Assembly: GCA_963798085.1 (NCBI GenBank)
Contig: CAWCRS010000003.1
Coordinates: forward strand, 704,001 to 768,000
DNA length: 64,000 nucleotides
Source: an uncultured Gemmatimonadales bacterium
GTDB lineage: Bacteria > Gemmatimonadota > Gemmatimonadetes > Longimicrobiales > RSA9
Direction: 5' to 3'
Shown here: positions 1 through 9,722 of the stretch, in pieces
Layout: each line of letters opens with the position of its first letter
How positions within the stretch are numbered: the first letter of the stretch is position 1
Program-made: the position numbers and the translations under genes
The notes under the pieces: generated by a model
Told to the model about the DNA's origin: nothing
What the model saw: the letters and a program-made list of their open reading frames with translations, nothing else
Database searches by the model: none

Positions 1-98
1 ACTCCATCGCCATTTCCTTGTGTCAGGATAGCCGCGCAGCGGCGCGCCGACAAGTGGGTCGGTGCGACGCGTCGTGGCGCCAGCGAGGTGGCGGCGCT

Positions 99-2594
99 TC
101 AGCGCGGCGCGTCGCCACGGATCATGCGCAGCCCGAAGATCGTGGCTACCTGACTGCCCTGCTTCGCCTCGAAGCGCACGGTCACCTTCGACTTGCCCTG
201 CAGCAGCGCGGCCGGGATGGGGATCTCCACATCGTAGAAGCGACGCGGCTCGCTCCGGCTAACCGTCTGTTGTGAGACCGCCTGTCCGTCCACCATGACC
301 GTGAAGTTCGCGGGCAGGCCACGCCGGTCGTCGCTGTAGTACGTGAGCAGCAGCACCATGGGGTGCGCGGGCTCGACCGGGATGTCGTAGGAGAACCAGC
401 TGCTGCCGTGGCGGCCGGGACGACCCAGCATGCGCTGCGGCTGGGCGCCCTCGCCGGCCTGGTAGTTGAACTGCCGCTCGAACACGGTTTCCCCCGGCTG
501 CAGCCAGGCGACGGTGGCCGCCTCCAGCCTGCGCAGCCGCTCCGCCTCCGCGGCGTATCCCGCGCGCTCCTTCTCCCATTCCTCGGGCGTGAAGAAGTCC
601 CAGTACAGCGCATAGGTCCGGCGAGGCAGCTGATGGAAGGGCACCATGTCGATGTCGTGCAGCTTGCCATCCGCATCCGCTTCGCGGCCCACACCCATCG
701 CTGCGGAAGCGCACGGGCGAGTCGCCCACGCGCTTCAGCCAGTCGGCGACCGGCCGGTCCGCGGCGACCAGCACGGGGACCTTGTCGGGTTGCGACTCGG
801 AGTCATCGCCGGAGCGCCGACGCGGCGGCTCGGGGCCAATGTCGCCGGCCAGCACGAGCGGTCCCCACATCACGCGCGGCCCGGCGAGGATTGTCGGGCA
901 CGGGCTCGAGGCGGAGCGACTTCGGCAGTGTCAGCTCTACGGTGTCGCCTGTCTTCCACGTGCGCTTCACCTCGACAAACGTGCTCACGGGGTACGGCCA
1001 GTCGTACAGCCGGCTGCCCGGTATGCGCGGCGGCGAGGGTGCGTTGGAGGAAGAGGTGTCAATGGTTTCGCCGTTCACCCGGAGGGCGAAGCCGTCGCCT
1101 GCCCAATACGGCCGGCGCAGCGCCAGCGTGAACGCGCGCGGCTGCTTCAGCGCTAACGTGAGTTTAGCGCTCTCGCCTTCGGGAAAATCCGTGTCCATGG
1201 TGAGGCGCACACCGGCGGCGGCCCAGTCGGCGGTGGACGGCGCGTAGAGATTCACCCACAGCCGGTCGCCATCCTCGTGGTAGATGCCGTAGCCGTGCAG
1301 TGCGTGGTTCTCCATGCCGGTGCCGACGCAGCAGGTGAAGTCGCGCAGCGGATCCTGGTACTCGTGCTGCACGCCGCGGCCGACCGGCACCATGTAGCAG
1401 ACGCGGCCGTCCTGCGGATCGATGGATGCCAGCACGTGGTTGAACAGCGCGCGCTCGTGGAAATCGGCAATGTGCGCATCGGGCTGCAGCGAGAACAGCG
1501 TGCGCGTGAGCTTGAGCATGTTGTAGACGTTGCAGGACTCGCAGGTGCGGCCATCCACGCCATCGTTCAACTTGTCGGGCGGCGTGAAGTACTCGTCGGT
1601 GCCGTGGCCGCCCGAGGCGAAGCTGTGATGCTGCACCACCGCATCCCAGAAGAAGCTCGCGGCAATGAGATCGGCGGCGTTGCCGGTATCGAGGTAGCGC
1701 GCGGCCGAGCCGACCAGCTTGGGGATCTGCGTGTTGCCGTGCTTGCCGCCCAGATCATCCTGATGGTGCTGCAGCGGCTCGATGAAGGCGAGGTGCTCGA
1801 ACTTGTACGAGAGGTCGAGCCAGCGCGCGTCGCCGGTGTCCACGTGCAGACCCACTAACACCTCGTTCATGCCGCCATGCTCGGTGTTGAGCATGTGCTG
1901 GATCTGCGCGTCATCGAGCGGCGCCAGGATGCCGGCCGCCCATTCCGCGAACTTCACCTCGACCGCGAGCGCGCTGCGGTTGCCCGTGTAGCGGTAGGCA
2001 TCGCGCAGCCCGGCGAACGTCTTGTGCAGCGTGTACCAGGGCGACCAGTCGCCGTTGAGGTCGAACGCGGCCGAGCGGATCTCGCCCTTCTGCAGCATGC
2101 CGAACGTGCGCCGTCCGTTCTCCAGCGCGCTGAGATAGCCATCGCCGTGCTTGTCCTGCACTTCCTTCAGCTGCGACACGATGTAGTCCGCGCGCTGCCT
2201 TGAAGCGCGCATCGCCGGTGGCCGGCGTACATCAGGCTGACGGCGGAGAGGTAGTGCCCGGCAATGTGACCCGTGAGGTTGCGCCCGTCGCCATCCCAGC
2301 CGGCATAGGGCTCGGCCTTCGGCTCGGCAGGCCCGCGCGCTTGCGGTAGTACGCGAGCATGCGGTCGGGCTCGAGCTCGAGCAGGTAGCGGGCATCGAGC
2401 TGCTGCGCGTGGGCGAGCGGACCCCCCGTGAGGCGGACGGCCTCCATGGGCAACGGCCGGGCCTTGATAACAGCGGTGTTTGCGGGCGCCCGCGGCGAAC
2501 CCGCTGCTTCGGCCAGCAGCGGATGGCCCAGCAGCAGCGGGGCCGCGCCGGTTCCCAGACCCACCTTGAGCGCCGTGCGCCGGGACATTGTCAT
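99..2594 (-). CDS. Tat-exported GH127/GH146-family beta-L-arabinofuranosidase-like hydrolase (DUF1680) with C-terminal accessory domain; split by about 4 frameshifts
   Basis: Start MTMSRRTALK (twin-Arg) follows a GGAGGAGG RBS. Motifs run consecutively across five ORF-track frames: LLELEPDRML, GHIAGHYLSA, EHGGMNE, HGNTQIPK, CESCNVYNMLKL, CCVGTGMENH, WGPLVLAG. Confidence 0.85.
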
Positions 2595-2828
2595 GGGCGT
2601 CCTCCTCCATCGTGGTGTGCTGCAGCGGGCTGATCGTCGTGCGCCGGCACCTGAATGGCAAGGCTCCAGCGCGGCCGGTAACGGGTCGAACCTCAAGGTT
2701 GACGGCGCCCCTCGCCGGTGCAGTCCAGCAAGGGTGGCAATGTATCGGTGATGTAACAAGTATGTCGCCGAAAGACGATGGAACAGTAAATTAGGGCGCC
2801 GAATCAAGCAGTCGAAGGGAGGCGGCCC

Positions 2829-3632
2829 ATGTTCTCGGCCCACCATTCTCAGTGCGCGAAGGGCGGCAGCGCCGTTGCTGGTTTGCGCGGGTCTTGCGGC
2901 CCACGGCGTGATTGCGGCGCAGGTCCCGGCAGAATCCCACGCGAAGGTCCCCGCGCTGCGGGTCATCGATGGACGGCTGGAGAGTGCGCTGCGGCTGCTG
3001 GTAGCGGGATCGCCCCGTGCAGCCGGCGTGCTCGAGTCACTGGCTGCGAGCGGGCTACCCGTAGCGATCGGCACACCGGCGGAGCTGGCGGCCCTCCCGG
3101 ATGCGGAAGGTGGTCCGGCGCCTGAGGAGCGGCGCGCGCTGCTTGCCGAGCCTGGTGCGAAGGGCATGCAGGATGAGCCGCCGATTGCGTGGGTGGTGTT
3201 CCGCGTGGCGCCGCCCCCGTCGGCCGCAGGCGGCAAGAAGGGTGGGGAGGACGTCGTGGAGCGCGTCTGGCTGGCAGTCGAGGTGGACAGCATTGAGCGC
3301 TGGATACGCGCCACCGGCTGGTCCGACGCGGAAGACCGGATCCAGGCGGATCTGCTGGCGACACTGGCGCACGAGTTTGTCGCGCATGTGGGCAGCATTG
3401 CGGGAACGCGCGACGTCTTTCCGACTTCTGCGATGACCCGCCGCCGTCGCCGGACGGCGGCCCGCGCGTCTCAGGTCCGCTTGCCTGTTCCATTCGCGTC
3501 GAGAACCAGGTACGCCGGGAATTGAATCAGGGCCTGAACCTGACGGGGTCCCGCCGCCTGCCTGAACGGCGCAGCTACGCTCTGGACGTCATGAACTTCG
3601 CCCGGGCATACATTCACCGCCGAGCGCGCTGA
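2829..3632 (+). CDS. Secreted putative zinc metalloprotease (M91/NleD-like motifs); probable frameshifts near 2833 and 3420
   Basis: GGGAGG RBS precedes ATG 2829; hydrophobic N-terminus; LAHEFVAH motif. A shifted frame continues SDFCDDP...CSIRVENQVRRELNQG...LPERRSY to TGA 3630-3632. Confidence 0.55.
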
Positions 3633-3670
3633 GGGCGCGGCGGCTGGCGCGGAGGACTGCAGTCTTGATG

Positions 3671-3752
3671 GAACGGATTGAATGGAATTACGGATTGCAG
3701 GGAACTACGAACTGAACGGAATCACGGTATTGAACGGAATCACGGATTGAAC
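3671..3752. repeat. Imperfect tandem repeats of GAACGGAATCACGG(A/T)(A)TT type
   Basis: About four degenerate copies in a lower-GC intergenic stretch; a related CGGATTTCACGGATT occurs near 33791-33805. Confidence 0.65.
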
Positions 3753-3777
3753 CGATCCGGGATCGAAAGGATTGGCG

Positions 3778-3813
3778 ACCGTTCGGCGCGATGGCGGCGG
3801 ACGGTTTTTTCTT
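3778..3813 (+). terminator. Possible intrinsic terminator
   Basis: Imperfect ACCGT...ACGGT stem followed by a T run, between convergent genes. Confidence 0.35.
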
Positions 3814-3894
3814 GCGGCATTGCGACGCGGGAAACGACAAGCATTCTCCGCAGCCCCCGATGTTCTGATTGCGAGTCTCTGCGAACTCCGGGCA

Positions 3895-4509
3895 TCAGAA
3901 GTCGTTCTGGTAGCTGAGTACTACGAAGCGGCCGTCGCGTTCGAGGATGGCGCCGAACAGGTGGAGTGTGACCGGTTTTTCGCGGTCACGTCCGAGTGTG
4001 ACGACGCAGCCCGTCCAGAGACGATTCTCGCCCTCGGTGCTCGGCTGCGCATCACAGCGGTAGCCGCGGAAGTCGAGTCTGCGGCCACCGAACTCGCGCA
4101 GTGCGCGGAACACGCCTTTGCGGTTTCGCTCCTGCCACTGGAACCACGCGAGAGCGGGCGGCAGCTCGTAGGGCGGCTGGGCGGTTGGCGCTGTCGGATA
4201 GTAGAGCCAGGCGAATTCGGCGCGGTTCAGTGACAGCTTTTCGAAAGCCATTGTGTCATTCGCCGCGAGCGCGTCCATGACCCGGTGCACGAGGGCGTCG
4301 CGGCTGGCAGCGCCGCCGCTCAGGGACGCTGGCTCAGTCAGGTCCGCGCGGAATCTTGCCAGCATTACGGGCATGGGAAAGACGCTGTCGACCACGCCGG
4401 CCGAGGCCGTGCTGGATTGTGCCGCGGCTCCGGGCGTGCCGGATCCGCAGGCGCCGGTGGCCAGGAAGAGTGGCGCCAGCAGGAGCAGTCGCTTCATGGT
4501 GCCGGTCAT
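3895..4509 (-). CDS. Hypothetical lipoprotein
   Basis: MKRLLLLAPLFLATGAC lipobox-like signal; normal globular composition; last gene of the receptor cluster. Confidence 0.7.
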   Translation of the reverse strand: MTGTMKRLLLLAPLFLATGACGSGTPGAAAQSSTASAGVVDSVFPMPVMLARFRADLTEPASLSGGAASRDALVHRVMDALAANDTMAFEKLSLNRAEFAWLYYPTAPTAQPPYELPPALAWFQWQERNRKGVFRALREFGGRRLDFRGYRCDAQPSTEGENRLWTGCVVTLGRDREKPVTLHLFGAILERDGRFVVLSYQNDF

Positions 4510-4543
4510 GCGGGTCGCGTTAGTGCCGTGTTAGTCTGCTGCA

Positions 4544-4573
4544 GCGGCCGGGGGTGATCGACACCCCGGCCGC
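4544..4573. terminator. GC-rich hairpin (terminator or transcript stabiliser)
   Basis: GCGGCCGGGGGTG-ATCGA-CACCCCGGCCGC inverted repeat about 20 bp after the stop at 4596. Confidence 0.5.
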
Positions 4574-4595
4574 CGATTCTGTTCTGCGACAGTTG

Positions 4596-6294
4596 TCAGT
4601 TACGCTGGAAGTTGGTCCAGCCCGCAATCCACGACGTGGCCCCTGCCGGGTCCAGTGCGCCCTGGTAGGCGGTGGCCGGCATGGCGGCGCCGAAGAAGTT
4701 CTGGGTGCGTGCCGACAGCGGCGTTCCCGCGAACGAGGACAGTCCGCCCGTTGCGGCGGGCGATGTCGCGGCCAGCCCGATATTGATGTTGGCCGTGGTA
4801 ACGGCGGTCGCACCTGTGGGCAGTGCGCCGGTGAAAAGGGCCGCCAGCGTTGCCTCGGTGACCTTCCACGCGGCCGCATTGTCCTTGACGAGCGAGCCGA
4901 AGTTGGCGCCGACCGCCTCGAAGTTGCTGCCGTTTTCGGCGAGGATCACGTTGCGGAAGTAGAGCGAGTCCACATTGAGCAGCGCCTTGCTTTCCGGGTC
5001 GCGGATGCTGATGCCGACGCCGGGCCAGCGGCCGATGATCCCGTTGACGAAGTTGCCGCCCGAGCCGCGGCGCACCACGGCGCCGTTGCCGTCTGTGGCG
5101 GTGAACACGCCCGGGCCCGGTCCGATAACCGTGAAGTTAGCCCAGACCGGGCATGGAGTAGGGCGTGTTGGCGAAGGTGCAGCCCGCCTTGTCGATCTCG
5201 CAGCCGTCCCCCTCGAAGCCGCGCGGATCGCTGGAGACGGTGCCGGTGCCGGCGCGCGGCTGGATGACGGAGGTCTGCAGCGCGATCAGGTACTGACCGC
5301 GGCCCTGGTAGCCCTCGGTCCAGTCGTAATGGTCGTCGCCCGATTCGAAGGAGACCATGTGGCGCATGTCGTAGGCGCCGCCGAACGATTCGAAGGCGTC
5401 ATCGAGGCCGGCCATGGACTGCACGTAATCGTAGGTAGTTCCACGGCCGACGGCGTAGCTGGAAATGCTGTTCAGCTCCTGGCCGCCGCCGTTGGAGACG
5501 TCATAGCCGGCGAATTCGACGCGTACGTACGAGAGCGAGCCGGAGCTGTCGTTGAAGTCATTGCCGCCGGCGTAGTTCTCGGCCGCGCCGACCGGGCCTT
5601 CCGTGAAGATCGGGTTAGCCGTGCGGTTGATCAGACCGTTGCCGACGATGATGATGCCGCCCCAGTCGCCGGGCTTGCGGTTGGGATTCGAGCGCGCCGA
5701 AGTGAACACGATGGGTGCGGCCGCGGTCCCGTTGGCAATGATCCTGGAGCCGCGCAGGATCCAGAGCGAACTGCCCGGAACCAGCGTGTCACCCACGATC
5801 TTCGTGCCCGCCTGAATCGTGAGCGTCGCGTTGTTGCTGACCTTGACGTAGCCGCTCAGCGTGTAGACGGTGTCCGCGTAGAACGTCCGGTTGAGCGTGA
5901 TGCCGGTAACGACCGCAACCTTGGGGCCCTCGGCGGGAGTGGTCACGGTCGCGGCCGTGCTCGCATTGCTCGTCTCACTGCCTTTCACCGAGTGCACCTT
6001 GTAGCTGTAAAGCGTGTTCGCCTTGAGCCCGTTGTCCAGGTAAACCGTCGACGTGAGACCGGACTGCACGGAAGCGAAGGCGCCGCTGCCTTCCGCGCGT
6101 TCGACCATGTAGCTGTCGGCGCCGGAGACCTGCGACCACGTCACTGTCACGGCCGTGGGTGAGGTCGCGATGGCGGCCACTCCGGTGGGCGGGGTCACGG
6201 TTGCGGGTGCGGTGCTGTCGCTCTTGCAGGCCGCCAGCGCGGCGGTCAGGCACGCCGTGGACAGCAGCAGGAGTTTGCGGTAGCGGGTTTGCAT
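4596..6294 (-). CDS. Surface lipoprotein with fibronectin type III domain and beta-helix-like domain (TBDR-associated family); one frameshift near 5150
   Basis: LAAC lipobox; FN3-like VTVTWSQVSGADSYMVER...YSYKV; family motifs PGDWGGIIIVGNG, DSSGSLSYVRVEFAG, DDAFESFGG, GDDHYDWTEG. Removing one C joins the frames as YSMPVWANFTVIG. Confidence 0.8.
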
Positions 6295-6632
6295 GTGTGT
6301 CGTTCTCCGATTGCGTGGGGAGGTCTCCATGTCCGGAGCCCGCAGCATATCGTGAACGTGTACGCGCGCGACGACGCGGTGGTAACGATGCAGTCACACG
6401 GTCACGGAAGCCGCATTCTGCATGCGTGGGGGAGCGGCACACACTCGCCCTGCGCATGCGCGTGTGTACCACATGTGACACGAGTGGTGGTTCGCACGCG
6501 GCGCCCATACGGTCGCACAAGGAAGAGTCAGACGGCAGGAACGCGTGCACCCTGGCGGGCGCGCGCAAACACCGCGCCGGCAGTCGTGCTCCGTCCAGAC
6601 ACATGCATACCTACACCCGCGGGCCGGCGCGA

Positions 6633-6672
6633 AGGTGCGCCAGTGCAGGTGCGCCAGTGCAGGTGCGCCAGT
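6633..6672. repeat. 14-bp tandem repeat AGGTGCGCCAGTGC, about 2.9 copies
   Basis: Exact copies start at 6633, 6647 and 6661 (last partial), just downstream of the receptor stop. Confidence 0.85.
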
Positions 6673-6700
6673 CCTGTTCGGAACCGGATGCGACTGCGGT

Positions 6701-9502
6701 CTACTGCAGGTTCCAGCTGAAGCCGAGGCTGAAGACGCGACCGGTCCTGTACCTGTACCGGATCACATTGCCCTGTTTGTTCTCGTGCGCGGCATTGAGC
6801 AGGTTCTTCGCATCCAGCTTGCCGCTGAGTCCGCCGCGCACCGGAAAGCGCAGGGCGAAGTCCAGCAATTGACGCGGCTGCTCATAGGTATCGACGGTTA
6901 CGGGCGTCACGGCCGCCGAAGTAATACGCTTGCCGACGACATTGTAGAGCAGTGTGGCGCTGGTCGAGCCGGCGCCACCGGCCCAGGAGACACCCGCATT
7001 CACGACGTAGGGCGCCTGACCCACCATGGGCCGTTTGTCATTCGTCAGAGCGGACAGGTTGCTGTTGCTGGTGTTGATGCGGCTCTTCATGACGGTGACG
7101 TTGCTGAAGACCGCCACCGGGCGCAGAGACTCGGTCAGGAAAGCCAGTGTCTTCCGCAGTTCCAGCTCGACACCGTAGTTGAAGGCGGCCTCGGCGTTGA
7201 TGTAGCTCAGCTGCGAAACCCCCGACGTGGCGACGTCGATGGGCTCGATGGGTTTGTCGAAGTGCTTGGCGAACACGCCAATGCTCAGCACTTCGTCCAG
7301 GTTCGGATAGAACTCCCAGCGGGCGTCGTAGTTCTGCACGCGTGTGCGCACCAGGCTGGAGTCGCCGAACACTTCGCGGTCACCCAGCATGTCGCGGTAG
7401 CTGATGGGCGCCAGCTCGCGGTACTCGGGGCGCGACAGCGTCTGTGAGACCGACAGGCGCAGCGTATTCCTCTCGCCAATGCCGGCATTGAGCGCGAGCG
7501 AGGGCAGCACATCGGTGTTGGTACGCTTGATGTTGATCACTGCGCGGCTGACGGGCTCCGCATTCATGTCGAGGTTCCAGCGTTCCACGCGCGCGCCGCC
7601 GATGAGCCGCAGCTTCGAGCCGAGTGGTATCTCGGTCATGGCGTAGCCGGCGGACACGCGGTCCGTCGCGTTGTAGGTGCCGCCCGCGGAGTTGGGCTCG
7701 AGCGTGATGTGCGCTTCGGAGCCGGTCGTGTACGAGCCATAGAACAGCTGATCGGGCGTCGCCATGCGCTGCGTGGCGCTCAGGCCCAGGGCGCGCAGGT
7801 TGTACGACGACGTCTCCGCATCGCGGTTGGTGCGGCGGTAGGCACCGCCCAGCTGGAAGTGCACTTCCCGGTCGGCCGGCCCGAAGGACAGGCGCCATGC
7901 GGCACTGCCCTCGAGCACGTCCTCGGTGAGATCGCTGGAGGTGCGCTTGGCCGCCTCGGGGATGAAGCCCAGCCAGGAAAGCGGCAGTCGCTCACCCGTG
8001 GGGGCGAACTCGTAACCGTACGCCAGGTCGGAGCGATCCGGCTCCACGCGCGAGACGCCGGAAGAGGTGATCGACCAGTCGACGCGGTTGTGCTCGTTGA
8101 GTTGATGCTCGGCGCGCAGCTGGTTGGAGCGGACGCTGCGTTCGACATAGCGCAGCGACGTGCGACGCACACTGTCCACCTGACCCTGGAATTCCTCGAG
8201 CGTGCCCCAGTCCTGATGCGCCTCGTTGTCCGCGCTGCGGTCGTAGGTGTTGTGCAGCTCGATCCTGGTGGTGCGGCCCAGGTAGGTGCTCAGGTTGAGC
8301 AGCCCACCCCACAACACGCTGTTAAGGCCGGTGGAGCCGATGAAGGTATTGTACGGTTTGGGCGTGCCGGACGCATCGGCGGGAACCGCCCTCGCCGTGA
8401 TCTCGCCTTCATGGATTTCCTGGCTGCGCGCGTAGGTCAGCGAGCCGACATACCCCAGCCGGTGACCGAACACCGGGTCTTCCCCGCCGAAGGAGAGGCC
8501 ACCGGACACGTTGGGCGAGCCACTCGCCTGGTTGAATGTCCAGTCGCGTGGCAGTGCGCGGATCAGGCCGTTGACATCGGACTGCGTGAGATTCGAGAAG
8601 TCCGTGATACTGGTGAGCTGCACCGGCAGCTTGCGCTCGCTTGCAGCCAGGCCGAGCCATTCGCGGCCCATGGTGACCGGTATGGGGATATCCTGGCCGA
8701 CCGCTCGATTGTTGGCGCCTCCCGTGAGCGTGAACTGGAACATGCGCTGCGCGGGGAACGAGCGTGTGCGCAGGTTCACCTGTGCGCCACTGAAGTCGCC
8801 GGGTTGATCGGGGGTGAACGTCTTGGAGGTCGTGATCGCTTCGAGCAGGTTGGACGGGAACAGGTCGAGCGGCACTTCCTTCTTTTCCGGATCCGGGCTG
8901 GGCACGCGGGCGCCGTTGAGCGAGGTCGTTGTGTAACGCTCACCGAGTCCGCGCACGAACACCGATTTGCCGTCGCGTACGGTAACACCGCTCACGCGCT
9001 GCACGGCTTCGGCCGCATCGCTGTCGGGACTCTTCGCGATCTGCTCTGACGTGGTCGCGCTGGTCACGCCAATGGCGGTGCGCTGCGCATTGAGCGCAGC
9101 ACTCACGGTGCCGCGCTCGCGCGTGGCCGACACGGTAATCGCATCAATGGCGAGGGCGGCAGTGGCCAGTGAGACATCCTGAACGGCCGCGTCGCTCGTG
9201 CCTACCTGAATGCCCTCCACGGTCTTGGCGCCGTAGCCAATGAACGTGACCGTGATCGCGTGCGTGCCCGCGGGAACGTCGGAAAGGGTGTAACGGCCGT
9301 CCACGCGGGACAGCGTTCCAATGCCTGTGCCAACCACCTGGATCTGCGCACCGGAAACCGGCCGGCCGGTTGCCGCATCAACGATCCGTCCGACAATGCG
9401 ACCGGCCATGCGTTGCTCCGAGCCGACCTCATTCTGCGAAGCCGCAGCATGCACGGGACCCATGAGTGCGCCCAGAAGGAGCGCACAACCGAGTTTTCTC
9501 AT
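6701..9502 (-). CDS. TonB-dependent outer-membrane receptor with N-terminal carboxypeptidase-regulatory-like domain
   Basis: Signal peptide; GRIVDAATGRPVSGAQI domain; plug motif VQRVSGVTV...VRGLGERY; C-terminal beta-strand FSLGFSWNLQ. Confidence 0.93.
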   Translation of the reverse strand: MRKLGCALLLGALMGPVHAAASQNEVGSEQRMAGRIVGRIVDAATGRPVSGAQIQVVGTGIGTLSRVDGRYTLSDVPAGTHAITVTFIGYGAKTVEGIQVGTSDAAVQDVSLATAALAIDAITVSATRERGTVSAALNAQRTAIGVTSATTSEQIAKSPDSDAAEAVQRVSGVTVRDGKSVFVRGLGERYTTTSLNGARVPSPDPEKKEVPLDLFPSNLLEAITTSKTFTPDQPGDFSGAQVNLRTRSFPAQRMFQFTLTGGANNRAVGQDIPIPVTMGREWLGLAASERKLPVQLTSITDFSNLTQSDVNGLIRALPRDWTFNQASGSPNVSGGLSFGGEDPVFGHRLGYVGSLTYARSQEIHEGEITARAVPADASGTPKPYNTFIGSTGLNSVLWGGLLNLSTYLGRTTRIELHNTYDRSADNEAHQDWGTLEEFQGQVDSVRRTSLRYVERSVRSNQLRAEHQLNEHNRVDWSITSSGVSRVEPDRSDLAYGYEFAPTGERLPLSWLGFIPEAAKRTSSDLTEDVLEGSAAWRLSFGPADREVHFQLGGAYRRTNRDAETSSYNLRALGLSATQRMATPDQLFYGSYTTGSEAHITLEPNSAGGTYNATDRVSAGYAMTEIPLGSKLRLIGGARVERWNLDMNAEPVSRAVINIKRTNTDVLPSLALNAGIGERNTLRLSVSQTLSRPEYRELAPISYRDMLGDREVFGDSSLVRTRVQNYDARWEFYPNLDEVLSIGVFAKHFDKPIEPIDVATSGVSQLSYINAEAAFNYGVELELRKTLAFLTESLRPVAVFSNVTVMKSRINTSNSNLSALTNDKRPMVGQAPYVVNAGVSWAGGAGSTSATLLYNVVGKRITSAAVTPVTVDTYEQPRQLLDFALRFPVRGGLSGKLDAKNLLNAAHENKQGNVIRYRYRTGRVFSLGFSWNLQ

Positions 9503-9621
9503 CCGCCAATCCTCATCTGAGGAAACGCGCTCTGGTGCGTGGCCGCCGCCAGCGGGGCTGCCACGGTCGGGAAGGTAGATTGAAAGGTAGACTGGCGGAT
9601 ACGTTGAACCGGCAACGACTC

Positions 9622-9649
9622 AGTCAACGTTTTGTAAAGGCCGTGTTAC
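9622..9649 (-). promoter_or_regulatory. Candidate OmpR/PhoB-family (Pho-box-like) operator
   Basis: Minus-strand hexamers GTAACA, TTTACA and TTGACT at exact 11-bp spacing, 120-150 bp upstream of the receptor gene. Confidence 0.45.
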
Positions 9650-9722
9650 CAGGGAGGGCGGCTCACGCTGCGATCGGGCGCTGTTACACAGGCCGGATGG
9701 CTGGTGGGGCGGGGGCGTCCGC

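Noticed and set aside
1..25. Start of a minus-strand gene (AAGGA then ATG at 13)
   Set aside because: Only four codons are inside the window; it cannot be characterised.
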